64,000 bases of DNA from assembly GCF_006345805.1 (NCBI RefSeq), contig NC_042997.1, positions 6,572,001 through 6,636,000 of the forward strand. The letters run 5' to 3'. The translations under genes were made by a program, and so were the position numbers. Position 1 is the first letter of the stretch. The number at the start of each line of letters is the position of its first letter. The notes beneath the pieces were generated by a model. It was not told where the DNA came from and searched no databases. It worked only from the letters and a program-made list of their open reading frames with translations. Below are positions 14,251-29,759 of this stretch, in pieces. The DNA comes from Octopus sinensis. Its lineage: Eukaryota.

Positions 14251-14735
14251 AAATGATGTTATAGGCAAACGCCTGAAAAGGTCACAGTAAATGAGAAAGC
14301 AACCATATTCTGGGAAATGTCAAAACGCACCGATACAGAAATCAAGGCTAGTAGGCCTGATTTAGTTGTCAGAGATTACTAAGAAAAATGAATGCTTTCT
14401 AATCTATGTATTATTACCAAACTTTCAAACTACAAAGACATGGAAATAGAGATAACATAAAATTAATCCTAAAAAGACAAAGAATTCCTATGAATTTAGG
14501 CACATTAGGTATGATTAAAAAAATAACGACTCAAATGTATAACGAAAACACCAGAACTACTATATATATATTACAGAGAGAAAATAGCACTACGAACCAC
14601 TGCGCACACCCTATGTAAGATAACACTTTCAGTACAGTGACAATAAAAGTACATCAACCAAACACAGCACATACCCAAAATACAGAGCTGGCTTTGGTAT
14701 AGTAGTGAAAGCACGTGATGAAAATAAGACTTTAG
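14251..14735 (+). mobile_element. R4/Dong 3' fragment (restriction-like endonuclease plus 3' UTR)
   Basis: ENEKATIFWEM...TDTEIKASRPDLVVRD motif; 3' UTR cacagcacatacc...gtagtgaaagcacg shared with 16980-17052; AAT repeats on both sides. Confidence 0.85.
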
Positions 14736-14809
14736 AATAATAATATTAATACACCAATTTGTCTTTTGAACGTAGCTGACAAATCAGACACACTTAAGAG
14801 AAATAATTT

Positions 14810-15028
14810 TTTCCCTAAATCTCTTGTAACTTCTGGAAAAGATGTGAAAACACCACCGATCAGTACAAATGAGAAGGTAGGGCACCTACAAATATCAACA
14901 TTGCTTGTAACTGCAAGAATTCTTCACGGGGTTCTTCAAACATGACCAGAAAACAAGTTTCACCTTAGCTGGCTACGGACAGCTGACACTCACAAACATA
15001 TCCAGCAAAAAAGGTATGGGATTTCATG
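14810..15028 (+). mobile_element. R4/Dong 3' end, different subfamily
   Basis: LQISTLLVTARILHGVLQT-like C-terminus, short 3' UTR, then (AAT/GAT)n. Confidence 0.6.
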
Positions 15029-15231
15029 TAATAATAATAATGATGATGATGATGATGATGATGATGATAATAATAATAATAAAAATAATGATGATGATAA
15101 TAATAATAATAATAATAAAAATAATGATGATGGTAATAATAATAATGATAATAATGATGATGATGATAATAATAATAATAATAAAAATAATGATGATGAT
15201 AATAATAATAATGATAATAATGATGATGATG

Positions 15232-15305
<74 letters not shown>
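15028..15305. repeat. Compound (AAT)n/(GAT)n microsatellite with higher-order repeats
   Basis: Directly visible. Confidence 0.95.
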
Positions 15306-15307
<2 letters not shown>

Positions 15308-15438
15308 GTGATTTGAAACCGGGAACGGAAACGGAGGCACTACTCTGTGCTGCCCAAGAGCAAGCAATAAGAACAAATTACATACAATACAGAATAGACA
15401 TGGTAGGGACGTATACCGATGATCAGACTCTCTATCTG
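15306..15438 (+). mobile_element. Dong-Tx1 chimeric fragment, copy A
   Basis: Dong GDLKPGTETEALLCAAQEQAIRTNYIQYRID followed by ~39 bp of Tx1-like sequence; aligns with 19540-19672. Confidence 0.8.
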
Positions 15439-15439
15439 A

Positions 15440-17052
<1,613 letters not shown>

Positions 17053-17053
17053 A

Positions 17054-17127
<74 letters not shown>

Positions 17128-17257
17128 GATATTAATAATAATAATAATAATGATATTAATAATAATAATGATATTAATAATAATGATATTAATAATAATA
17201 ATAATAATAATAATGATAAAGATAATAATTATAATAATAATAATAACAATAATAATG
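17053..17257. repeat. (AAT)n microsatellite, partly degenerate
   Basis: Directly visible. Confidence 0.95.
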
Positions 17258-17259
17258 TA

Positions 17260-19045
17260 GGAAGTGTTCTCAGAGTAGCAAAGTACACTTGACCATCGAT
17301 AAAACAGATTCGAGGCATTGTAAAAAAATCATACAATATGTGTATGGCTTGGATTGATTTTAACAAGGCATATTGGATCGTCGAATGACTGCAGATGATT
17401 GGTGTTGCTCTCATCATTGTACTACAGTAATGTATTCATTGGAGAAATTAATATTAAAAGATGACATTTCTCCGTTAATATTTGTAATTACATTGGTATC
17501 CATAACAATGACACATAGGTGAGTTGAGATGGGTTAAAGTGTGGGAAAATAGGCCCATCGTTAAATAATCTTCTGTTTATAAATGACTTGAAATTGTTTG
17601 GAAAATCTGAAAAACAGATGGATTCCTTTACCAAAAGAGTTCAGAAGTGTGGTAGGGACATTGGTATGGAATTTGGGATTAAGAAATACCCAGTACTTGA
17701 TATGAAATGAGGGAAGAAAGTATTCTGTCGAGGATTGCGGTTATCATCAGGAGATACCATTGGTGAACCCGACGGTAGTGGGTATAGATTCTACACAGAG
17801 AGATGAAAGTGAAGGTCAGCGAGACGTATCACAAAGGGTGAAGATGGTGTTAAGATACAACCTGAATAGCAAACATTTGATTACCGCAATGAATATATGG
17901 ACAGTTGCGGTGGTTAGATATAGTGCGTCTATCCTCAAATGGAATAGGGAGGAGATATCAACACTGGTGAGAAGGACGAGAAAGATGATGACGCTGCGTT
18001 GGGGCGCTACACCCTAAATCAATACTAAACAGACTGTATACGAAAAGAAAGAATGGTGGCAAAGGATTAATCAGAATAGATCATTCTATAAAGAGCAAAC
18101 GGAGAACGCTTGCCGAGTATTTGGTAAATAGGGATGAAGGCCTGCTGCAATATGACGCGAAAGATGTTGGTGTAAGTATTGATGGAATGATGGGCATGGA
18201 AGAATTTAAGCAAAGAGCTGAGGAGAAGAGAAAAGAAGACCATCTTGAAATGAGAATGAATGGACAGTTTGGAAGGAATACATAAGATGTTAAGGATAAT
18301 ACAGCATCGTGAGCATGGCTTAAGCGAGGTGATTTGAAACGTATCACCGAAAGCTTGATTAATGCTGCACAAGCCCAGGATCTCGATACCAATTCACTGA
18401 AAGATAACATCTATAAGCTTTCTGATACTCAGAAATGTAGAGTCTGTGGAAAATGTGTGGAAAATGTGATCTACTACATAAGTGGATGCGAGAGCGTAGC
18501 ACAAAAAGAATACAAACGTAGTTACGATAAAAGTTTTTTGCAACTTCATTGGGTCTTATGTCGTAAATACCACTATGAAGTAGAAGAGATCAGGTATGGA
18601 ATTCTACCAAGTAAAGTTATGCAAGAGGAGGGAAAAGTAACGATAGGGTGGGACTATGATTTTCAGAAGCATCGTATAATCGAGCACCGTCGGCCATATA
18701 TTGTCATATTCAATGAGACAAATACAGTCGGATCATTGATGTAGCCATATCAAATGACATGATTGCTGCGAGTAAAGAGGTGGAGAAAGTCACCAAGTAC
18801 TCCAAATTAGAAGGGGAAATGTCAAGACTGCATGGAATGCGGGCGGGGGTGGGTAATGTAAATGTGATACCAGTAGGGATCGGAGCGTTGGGCTCATTAG
18901 CATTCAGACTTCCAGATATACGGCAAACGGAAAACCCATGCAAGATTCATGTCTTTCAAAAAGCAACCTGATGGGGCACAGCGCACATCTTAAGTAAGGT
19001 ATTATCTGTCTGAGGTCCGCATTTTTATCTACACTGTTTCACGAT

Positions 19046-19047
<2 letters not shown>
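17260..19047 (+). mobile_element. Older, decayed R4/Dong element of another subfamily (RT to REL)
   Basis: MAWIDFNKAY; HLITAMNIWTVAVVRYSA; CRVCGKCVENVIYYISGC; HRRPYIVI...IDVAIS...EKVTKYSKL; TAHILSKVL; ends cacgattg(aat)n. Confidence 0.88.
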
Positions 19048-19131
<84 letters not shown>

Positions 19132-19146
19132 TATAATAATAATAAT

Positions 19147-19235
19147 AGGCCAGGCGAAGCAAATCTAAGTGAAATACAACTGATTGTGCCGAAAGGTACT
19201 ACACACATCCTTAGGAAAACCCTACAGTTTAAATG
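19147..19235 (+). mobile_element. Tiny Dong 3'-end remnant
   Basis: LSEIQLIVPKGTTHILRKTL resembles the Dong C-terminus; follows (AAT)n. Confidence 0.55.
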
Positions 19236-19494
19236 CCTGTTACAATACATGAAAATATGTCACTACTGCTCATGCCTTTGCCCACAAACTTTCTGTCATA
19301 GTATAAAATAACTTGTCCTTCATTCGCTGTAGGAAGCTGTTGGTATCTCGTTAGGTGATTTTAAGAAATTAATATTATGTAAATAATAATAATAATGATG
19401 ATACTTTGATACTTTGATAGGTTTCGGCCATTATTGGCCCAGGCCATGTCTAACTTAATAGCACCACTAAATAATAATAATAATAATAATAATA

Positions 19495-19539
<45 letters not shown>

Positions 19540-19541
<2 letters not shown>

Positions 19542-19634
19542 GTGATTTAAAACCGGGAACGGAAACGGAGGCACTAATCTGTGCTGCCCAAGAGCAAGGA
19601 ATAAGAACAAATTACATAAAATACAGAATAGACA
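19540..19634 (+). mobile_element. Dong fragment fused to a Tx1 element (chimera copy B)
   Basis: Same sequence as 15306-15400. Confidence 0.85.
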
Positions 19635-20700
19635 GGGTAGGGGCGTGTACCGATGATCAGGCTGTCTATCTGCTGCCAACACCCACTGCGTGGTGATCTG
19701 AGCATGCTGTGGTTGTTGATACGCAGACATGCGTTGAAGGCACGAAATCTCTATTACTTCCTTGACGGTGAACAGTTGCGGTCGCCGTTCGCGAGACATG
19801 CATTTCCTCAGTTCTTTTCTATAACGGAATTGGATAAAAGAGAACCGATGTGAGGCATTTGGGAAGAGGAATGTCTTCAAGAACTCAGAGGTTTCAGCTG
19901 CGTTAGGTGGAACATCCATTTTAGTATTCTTTTCAGAACTTTTCGGATTAAATTTCGGCTCGGGGTAACTTCCAAATATCTTCGTTCTAGCAGTGTTACC
20001 GAAGAACTTTGCCTGTTCCAGATAAACTATACAGGCATGGAAATTCCGCAAGCTAAGCATGTCCGGGAGCATTGGTGACCCGTGAGTTTATGTCGAATAC
20101 CTGCTGTCGCATATAGGATTGCTCGAGCTATCAATTGAATCCATCGTGAAGATGGCCCAACCACCATCCTTTAATCGGGAAAGGAATTCTTTGTTTATAT
20201 GCCCTGGTTGCTACGGTGAAAGTGTGTGTATGGTAGACGAGTCTGAAGAGGCTGAAGAGAAACCATTTACTCTTTGGCCAATCCCTGATCAATTTCTTCT
20301 AATTTCACTTGAAAAGGAAAATAAGTGTAGAGAGGGAAGTGTTGTCTAGTAGCTAGTTTGATGGAAGGTGGGTGTAAGTGGTGAGAATGGTGCAAATCAA
20401 CGGTCCTGCTATAGGCATATGCCTGTAGTTCCGGAAAATATATAACAAAAGTCATCTGCCCCCAAAACTCATACTACTCATTGTTTTGTAGGGTTTTTTC
20501 TACGAGCAATATCCGAATGTCCCCTCCCAAATGGGGATTACTCATTAAAAAATAACATCTGTTAACCTTTGTTAATCTTTGTTTACGCGCAAAACCCTCC
20601 GAACAATACACACACATACATACACACGCATTTATTTTGTTTTCTCCCGTACTGTCCATGACGTTCTATTACTGGAAATCTTATGTGGTTAATAAAGAAA
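19635..20700 (+). mobile_element. 5'-truncated L1/Tx1-clade LINE (post-RT region, zinc knuckle, 3' UTR)
   Basis: GRVPMIRLSICCQHPLRGDLSM..RRHALKARNL, homologous to 6250-6350; 20110-20350 aligns at DNA level with 6835-7065; ends aataaagaaa(tca)n(tta)n. Confidence 0.88.
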
Positions 20701-20737
20701 TCATCATCATCATCATTATTATTATTATTATTATTAA

Positions 20738-21117
20738 TGAATGTGAGAGCAGTGCATGCCATCAAAGTGACACTGGAGTAGAATATACGAAGCTCAGTAT
20801 ACCCATCAGGACTACCCGTCTGATAAGGGTAAACCAGGCACATGTATCTCACAACCACATGTGATCTCATATCAAGATAAACAGCGCATGGCTCCCCAAC
20901 TACTTCTGCTCGTGATCAGAGATGCACATATCGTCAGCCACTAAGGGACATGGTCAACTGGTTCAGATCAATCAACTGACAGGCAAATCTGTGGTATTGA
21001 TCAGAATATTTGCTGTAGCCCATCTTTTATACTAAGACAAAACAAAGTACATGATAACAGTTCCAATCAGTTAAGATCCGCAGCCATGAGAACTTCCGCC
21101 TGGTACAGCATCAGGGC
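20738..21117 (-). mobile_element. Non-coding interspersed element flanked by (AAT)n, internally deleted copy
   Basis: Shares both termini with 21152-21724 but lacks ~190 bp of the middle; strand inferred from the tail. Confidence 0.8.
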
Positions 21118-21118
21118 A

Positions 21119-21151
<33 letters not shown>

Positions 21152-21152
<1 letters not shown>

Positions 21153-21724
21153 GAGTGAGAGAGCAGTTCATGCCATCAAAGTGACGCTGGGGTAAAATAT
21201 ACGAAGCCCAATATACCCATCATGACTACCCGTCTGATAAAGGTACACCAGGCACATGCATCACAACCATATGTGCGCGACATGGTGATCTTATATCAAG
21301 ATAAACAGCACATGACCTTGCAGGTGGGGCCCAGTTAGAATTTTCTTCAGGTTGAGTAGCCCATCCCGCTCAAACGGTCCCTGAATAAGGGTTGTTTAAG
21401 GATGTTGAAAGAACCACCCATGTTTCCAGAGGTGAACTATTCAAACCCCAAAGAATCCCTCTCAACACATGGCTATGATGCTCCCCCACTACTTCTGCTC
21501 GTGATCAGAGATGCACATATCGTCAGCCACTAAGGGACATGCTCAACTGGTTAAGGTCAAACAACTGACAAGCAAATTTGTGGTATTGAGCAGAATATTT
21601 GCTGTAGCCCATCTTTTATACCAAGACAAAACAATGTACATGATAACACTTCCAATCAGTTAAGATCAGAAGCCATGAGAGCCACTGCCTGGTACTGCAT
21701 CAGGGCATAGTACTGCATCAGGGC
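21152..21724 (-). mobile_element. ~575-bp non-coding element between (AAT)n arrays (candidate non-autonomous retroelement)
   Basis: Three related copies in the window, no ORF, microsatellite at both ends, short terminal duplication gtactgcatcagggc. Confidence 0.8.
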
Positions 21725-21756
<32 letters not shown>

Positions 21757-21757
<1 letters not shown>

Positions 21758-23475
21758 GTTTTTTCCTTCTGTCTTCAAATTTTCTACCGTTCCTTGCCCA
21801 GTGTTTTCCATACACCTAGAGCAGAGAAGCTCATTGTATGCATTCCCAGATTACACGCGCAAATTCACAGATAAAATAGGTATTTAAAAATAAATAAATA
21901 AATAAATTCATTGATGGATGTTGTTTATACAGCGATAATGCTCTTCTCAGTACATGAGCCGTTCCAGTTAACACGATTTTTTGCACTTCCTGTAGGGATG
22001 GTGAGCCTGGAATGATTTTGAATTAGGTTTGAGTACCTTTTTTATCATTCCTAGAGATCTTACAATCCCTGGTACTGTAGTGGCCTTGAGATGCCACATT
22101 TTTTCCATTTCTATTAACAAGTCTTTAGATTTACTATTCTTGTCAAATTCTTTCGCCCCTATATTGTGATCGTAAGGGATACTCATGTCAATTAATAAAC
22201 ACATCTTTTTGTCTGATCTTTTATAATAATATCCGGTTTATTAGCTTTTATAGTTTTGTCGGTCTGTACGTGTAAGTTCCATAGAATCGACACATTTTCT
22301 CCCTCAGTCACAGCTTCAGGATGGTGTTTATGCCATTTATCAGCGGTTTTCATTTTATAATGCCGACATATTGTCCAATTTAAATACTGGTCGACTCTGT
22401 CATGTCTTGCTTTATATTCTACAGGTGCTAAGACTCTACACTCTGAGATAAGGTGGTCTATTGTTTCAATCTCATCGTTACAGAATCGACATTTTGGGTC
22501 AGCTCCATTTTTTATCACATTGGCTTGGTAGTTCCGGGTTAATAAGCTTTGGTCTTGAGCAGCTAATATGAAAACTTCACTCTCTGCTTTTAGCCTTGAG
22601 CTTCGTAACCATTGGTGCATGTGTTTCTGGTCGACATCAGCTTGTTTGCTACGAGCCACATACTTGCCATGGAGAGGTTCCGGTTCCCATCTGCTAGCTA
22701 ATTTTTCATGTGCTTTTGCCGTTGTAATTAATTTTATTTTCTTTGCAGCAGCAATTGGCGCATTTCCTTCAGCCTGATCAATCTGGTGGGTATCTAAGAG
22801 ATTAGCAGTTAATCTTATCCTCTCTTTGAGAATAGAGTGACTTTTTTTCGGTCTTTCATGTTTTTCAACATGTTTTAGCATCCAATCGTTGGTTGCTTCA
22901 ATGTATTTGACGAGTCCCATTGTGGTGGTTTTCTACGTAAGTTCAAGCTGGATCAAACCTCGAACTCCCTGAGCTCTGGGAAGGTAAAGACGATCCACGT
23001 CTTCCTTTGGATGGTGCATCTTATTACAAGTCAGTAGCTTGCGGATTTTTCTGTCAATTTTCATTATTTCAGTTAAACACATTGAAGCTTCAAAGAACAA
23101 CTGCATCTGTGAGTCTGGTATTTCTGAAGATGTCTCTTCTAATATTTGCTAATCTGTTTTCATCCACGTTTGGTCTGCTAGCTGGATTTCTGTAGGAGTT
23201 TGTGTTGTGTTTCTCTTGGGTTGTTCTCCTTAATGCAAAGTAATAAGCATATATTACTTTTTTATATTCTTCCCGGTTCCATTTAGTTCTTTTGCATTTT
23301 TGATTTTCTGGTCGTTGTGGTGGTGAACTTTGGGGGCTTAATTTGGGACACATCCCGTTTAAGTGACCTTCAAGGTTCGTATTCGGAAAAGATATTCTGC
23401 CATTTGAAAATCTGTATAACCATTGGACAAGCGATTCGGTGTACTGTTAGACATTTTATTTTCAAGTAAAGTTAA
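21757..23475 (-). mobile_element. R4/Dong element retaining 5' and 3' ends but lacking most of the RT
   Basis: N-terminal KRTKWNREEYKKVIYAYYFAL joined near 23085 to MHHPKEDVDRLYLPR; CRFCNDEIETIDHLISEC; NKPDIIIKD...LIDMSIP...K REL motif; AAT repeats at both ends. Confidence 0.9.
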
Positions 23476-23574
23476 ATTATTATTAAGTTTTCATTTAAAA
23501 AAAAAATAACCACTAATCTTCATACAGGGGCCTCATTTATCATCACTAGCAGCAGCAGCCCCAGTAGTTGTAGC

Positions 23575-23755
<181 letters not shown>

Positions 23756-23952
23756 ACTGTAGCTCATGCATTTTTCGGTCAAAAAAAGTTCAAATGTCTA
23801 CTAATACTAGCAGTGAACAGTGACCTTAACCTTAAGAAATATCAAATTAAGGGCCGAGTTACTCTGTTCTGTATTATTTGTGAATAGTTGTGTTCGACCA
23901 GAGAGAATCTATTATTAGTATCATTATTTTTATTTTATTATTATTATTATTA

Positions 23953-24140
23953 AGGTAGCGAGCTGGCAGAAATTTTAACATGCTGGGCGAAATGCTTAGC
24001 CTTATTTCCTCTGTCTTTGTGTTCGGAGACGCAATTCCGCCGAGTTCGACTTTGCCTTTCATCCTTTCGGGGCCGATAAATTAAGTACCAGTAGCCCCCT
24101 CCTCAATCATTCTAGGCCTTGTGCCAAGGGAAGAAAAAAT
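23953..24140 (+). mobile_element. tRNA-derived SINE (family of 3649-4064)
   Basis: ggtagcgagctggcagaa...gactttgcctttcatcctttcggggccgataaattaagtaccag...ggccttgtgcc, then (ATT)n(AGT)n. Confidence 0.85.
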
Positions 24141-24204
24141 TACTATTATTATTATTATTATTATTTGTATTAATCATTTTATTATTAGTAGTAGTAGTAG
24201 TAGT

Positions 24205-24294
<90 letters not shown>

Positions 24295-24855
24295 CAGCGC
24301 TTCTAGGAATCATCGTTTTGAACATTAGCAACCCTATCATGAGTGCCAATGATATACTTTCAAGTATCACATTACTATGATTGGCGATTTTTAATAAAAT
24401 ATTTGCCAAAACCATGTTTTACATTACGTCAACGTAACATTATCGACATTAAAGTTTGGAGCAGACGCAATAATAGCTCTAGTTACAATCATGTATTCGA
24501 TGTTTTGTTTACTTAACAATTCTAAAATCGATGGCACATTATACTCGTCATGAGTGAAATTCAAGTATATCCTATAGATAGACAAAGAGGAAACACATTT
24601 CCATATAAGACTTTTTCTATCTGGTCACAGTTGACGAACACCAATTCTAAACATAACATTATTCTCGTATATACGGCAACATGTGATATTCTATATTTAC
24701 GTCTTCAAGAATAAAATAAAAATAAAAGGGAATTATGGTGGTTTGAATTTAACCGAAAATTGTTAATTTTCATGTATATTTTTGTCTCGGGCCGCTATCG
24801 AATGTTTAGTTTTAACATGCTTACACACCCCATACAAACATCATGCATACATACA

Positions 24856-24857
<2 letters not shown>

Positions 24858-24937
<80 letters not shown>
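24858..24937. repeat. (TA)n microsatellite
   Basis: Directly visible. Confidence 0.95.
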
Positions 24938-24940
<3 letters not shown>

Positions 24941-25544
24941 GCACACACACACATATATATATATATATAAGTGCGTGGGTGTGAGTGAAGATTCCACTAG
25001 AATGGACACAAGCGCTATTATTTGATTTATAAAAACATGTGACATGTAAAAACATGTAAATATAAACTCGTCAACATTTTTGAGACCGTATTTCTTCTAA
25101 AATATAATACTTGTACATCATGTCCAAATCTTTTAATGTATATATATATACATACATAGATATATATATACATACATACATGCACGCATGCATACATACA
25201 TACATGCACACACTCACATATATACATATATAATCGGCCGAACTGTTAGCCTCTCTCCAACCTCGTGTTGATATTTGCCGTGCAGTTCGACAAATTATAT
25301 TTTTGACGTACTCTACTGATGAATCGAAGATATTTACGTAAGTAAAATTACATAATTTATTAACGATGAAACAATCGTATAGAGTTAATCTATATTTTCG
25401 TTATATTTTTATTTTCCTGCTCGCTTACGCTCTTGGTGTGTTAAATTATTCCTTGAGAACAATTCTTTGGTGGTGGATTCTCTTTGCGGATCTATATCTA
25501 CCGTTAGAGCGTCCACTTAGTGGATTCTCTCTCATAGTTTTGCA

Positions 25545-25600
<56 letters not shown>

Positions 25601-25949
25601 GTGTGTGTGTGTGTATCATGCATATAGAACATCAGATGAGCTCCAGTGATGTTCAATATACAAAACAGTTGCGCTGAAATGACCTGAACATTGCACGCCG
25701 AGATCTTTACCAAAGACCAAGTCCGCGAGGTAATGATTGATTAGCAGAATAAACCACGTGAGCAGATATGGAGTTAAAATGTCAATTAATCAAAATTCAC
25801 TTGGCCTACATAGAAATGACTGAAAGTGACATCTCTACCCATAAAAATTCAAAGGCGCTATCCTGCATTAGACACCAACCAAATAGCCTGAATCCCTAAA
25901 CATACCAGTAGATAATAAAAAAAATGACTGAATAAGTTTAAGATGTAGA

Positions 25950-26890
25950 ATCTACAAAAAGTTGAGACTGCATGGATGTGGGCAATGAAGGTGAATGCGC
26001 ATGGATTAGTGTTTGGTTATTCGCCTCACGATCGTCATGTCGTAATTTTCATTCTAGTCTGTGGATGATTAAAATTGATTTAAGACCGGAAACGGAGGGT
26101 CTAGTCTATGCAGCCTCAGAGCAAGCACTAAGAACAAACTACATAAAATACAGAATAGACAACACAGCAGAAAGTCATAAGTGCGGAATCTGTGGACAAA
26201 ATTGTGAATTCTATGGCATGTTACTACTCAAGGTACGCCACGAGCCCAAGTATATTGCTATAGAAAAGCGACACGGTTTCTTTGCCTTATTCAAAGGGTG
26301 GGTAAGAGCAGCTGGGACGGAGATAAAGATGATGGTGACAAATACAAGAAGATGACTGTAAGTAGCATACCTAATGTAGATCATGGGAAGGGAGAGGGTT
26401 GTGGGTACTTTCATAAGAGGGTGAAAGAAACAGTAACAGTGAGTAGAGAAGGGGCTAAAGGTGGGTGCAGTGAGTGATAAAAAAGGGTAGGAGTGTGGTT
26501 GATGATAAATATTTTATGATTCAGTGCGATCATAAGATAGAAAACAGGAAGCCAGTCAAAGTGTTAGTTGAGATAGTAAAAATATACTGGATTATAGATA
26601 TAGCATGCCTAGCTGACAAGATATGCGATAACGAAGAAAGAAAAGCCAATAGATATGAGAGGTTAGCCTGGATGGTTAAGCAAATGTGGTCGATGAAAAA
26701 GATGGTAGTATTAGTAATAATAATAATGAGGATGATGATAAGTCACAGTGGTCCAGAAGAGAATGTTTGAGAGTTTTGATTAGTTAGAAGGATCGTATCG
26801 AACTAGAGGAAAATACCTTAAGTTGATACGTAAAAATAAACGTGTAACCATTGTTGAAACCTGTGAAGGATCCAGACGATATTACAACTG
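25950..26890 (+). mobile_element. Decayed Dong 3' region (zinc knuckle and REL) with an unrelated insert at ~26240-26490
   Basis: DLRPETEGLVYAASEQALRTNYIKYRID..KCGICG; FMIQCDHKIENRKP..WIIDIAC..K..RYERL. Confidence 0.75.
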
Positions 26891-26919
26891 ATAATTTCGT
26901 TAAGAGAGTCTTAAAGAGG

Positions 26920-27240
26920 TAAAGAACACATAGACAGAAACATCATGGAATGAAAACAAACGTACGTTATATATGCAAGAAAAACGAACTCCAAGAGAGA
27001 TACAGAAGACCGGTGTCTATAGAATAGGTGGCCTGAAGATAGAGACAGAAGCACATATACGTACAGCACAAGAGCAAGCGTTAAGAAATAGCTATGTGAA
27101 GTGCTGAATCGTCAACAGTACCGACAGCGACAAATGAAGAATGTGTGGTAAGAGGAGTGAAAGGGTATGGTGCATCGCTCGCTATTACTCGAAATTGGCA
27201 CCACGCAGATAGAAAAGATATGAAAATATGGTAAGAATAA
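26920..27240 (+). mobile_element. Decayed Dong zinc-knuckle fragment
   Basis: LKIETEAHIRTAQEQALR followed by a degenerate knuckle. Confidence 0.6.
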
Positions 27241-27244
27241 TCCA

Positions 27245-27370
27245 CCGAGGTCGTATTTACCTTTCATCCTGTCGAGGTCGATATAATATATACCAGTTGA
27301 TTACTGGGGTCGAGGTAATCGACTAATCTTTTCTTCCGAACTTGCTGGCCTTGTGCCAAAATTGGAATTC
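27245..27370 (+). mobile_element. SINE 3' fragment
   Basis: cctttcatcctgtcgaggtcgat...taccagttgattactggggtcgag...ggccttgtgcc(att)n. Confidence 0.7.
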
Positions 27371-27534
27371 GTTATTATTATTATTATTATTGTTATGTTA
27401 CTATTATTATTATTTTCTTTTTTATTATATATATATTTCTTTTATTAGCTATAGGGATATACATGAGGGAACTGTTATTATTGAAGTAGTAGATATGGTA
27501 GGGGTAATGGCGGTGGTGGTAGTAGTGGTTGGTG

Positions 27535-27712
<178 letters not shown>

Positions 27713-29759
27713 TCAATGCATGTTGTACAAAAATTTGCTTTGACTGCACTGATACAGTAGACAGTATGACAATATGTGAGCAGTGAAATACTCGCAATAT
27801 TTCTATATATCCCTTTTCTGGCACTATTTCTATCACAACTACTGCCACAATAGTTTTAGAAAACCGCAATCAAATATATCATATAGAAATGATTTGACGA
27901 CTGAAAATTCATTTATCTTTTGCGATAACACATATCATTCTAGAAAATTATACTGTGATGTTTCCAAGAGTGATAGATAGGCCATAATTTCTCACTCACT
28001 TTTTGGTTTTGTCTCTCTCTTATCTATCTAACTATTTATCACTCTGACTTGCTGTCTCTCTTCATAGCTGTCTGCCGAATTGTCTGTCGATCCGTCTCTT
28101 TCCTTGGACATAAACACACAGACAAACATACAGTCACACAAAGAAACAAACACACATATACACTCATGTGTACAAGTATATGTGTATGTACAATACACAC
28201 TCATTATTATCATCAGGCCTACGTGAATAGTAATATATAAAACGTAACAATACCTTATTATATTATTCTGAACATTGCTCTTTGCTGATATTTCACTTAA
28301 AGAATTTTAGGTTTATATATGTCACATGATAATGTGTCAAATATTCATAGCATCAAACAAGCAGGTACGTATATTGTATTAAACATGTTTCGATAATCAC
28401 TCTGCGTCGGTATGTTCTGTGAATACTTAAATAAAATTATATGCTTTCTTGAAAACTAGATTTGTATGCGTAAATATGGTGATGCAAAATTTCGTTCAAA
28501 GTTATACGTTTCGGTTTTATCTTACAACATTGATATATTTTAAATATTATCTTTGCTAATTTTATTATATATATTTCTTTTATTTGATGCATATACTGTA
28601 CATATATATTTTGCTTTATGCATTTTAGTAAAACAGGCTCTCACATTTGTACTGGGACATAATGCTGTCCTCATCCATGCATATTATTAGTATATTCTTT
28701 GAAAGACGTATATATGTTTCATCGATTCAAAACAAAATTTGTTGGTGAATTGATCCACTGACCGTCTTTGATTTGTTCCTCACTCTGTCTCATTCAAAGA
28801 TTTTTCTGGATATATTCTTATAATCTTTATAAGAGATAATGAAATAAGGAAACACACAAACATATTTCATAGACGTAATAAGCGCATGAACATATTGAAT
28901 AGATGCAAAAGAATAGCTTCCAAATGACAAAGCACTAAGGGTGCCGTAAACCTCGGGGGAAGGTTTTAACTCGGCAGCAAGAGAAATGAAAGTACTTCCT
29001 GCAAACTTTCTGCAACGGAACAGTCACGTCCTGTTACTTCACGTCCATTTTGCTCACTTTGTCACTTCCTTTCTCTTTCTTCCATCAAAGGATACATACG
29101 TAAAGTACAGCAATATAGTTTGGTGTTCAAAACTACCTGAACAGTTTCGTGTCATTTAGCAATATCCCATGAATAGATTTCCCAACTTCGAGAGGTGTAT
29201 TAAAATCGACATGAATTTACTAATATAATTATAATCGAAACTATTGTCGAGATAAGCGATAGATCATTGTCTCCTCTAAGATTGATTACGATAACGAAAT
29301 ATCATAAATTGGTTTTAATTTCCTTTCTTCTAAAATGTCTTGCCAAAGGCTATTGAATTACAAGTTATATTAATCTAGAAAATTCTTTCGAAACTAACTC
29401 TTAGCATACAACGAAGTATCTCTCAACTAGAGACATGAGAAATTTTTCTTCAATATCACATAATGAGCACTAATATGGTGTAAGAAGAAAGTGTGTGACT
29501 TGTTAAGCCATTAAACAATTCAAATGATTGTTTCACGGATTTAGGGAGGGAGATCACGAGAGATATACGGACACGGCTAAATCACCTGCAATCGTTAAAT
29601 GCATTATCATTGACACTAGGCAAATATAAGTGATCGACCGGACATTAGGAAATTGGCATTACAAATGCAATTAGCCATGAAGGAAAGAGTGACATTGTTG
29701 TCGCCGTATACGTTATTATAATTATAACGATAATGATGCTTAGAGTGGTGTTGCTTTTG

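Noticed and set aside
19467-20072. 201-aa minus-strand ORF, with apparently homologous minus-strand ORFs at 5758-7222
   Set aside because: Antisense shadows of Tx1 ORF2; the diagnostic motifs (YADD, GGLG, zinc knuckle) are on the plus strand.
20738-21724. Repeat-spacer-repeat look of the (ATT)n-separated units
   Set aside because: The spacers are homologous to one another and the repeats are microsatellites; not CRISPR.
28920-29100. GC-richer patch with ETS-like acttcc motifs, possible promoter
   Set aside because: Short motifs expected by chance and no linked gene.
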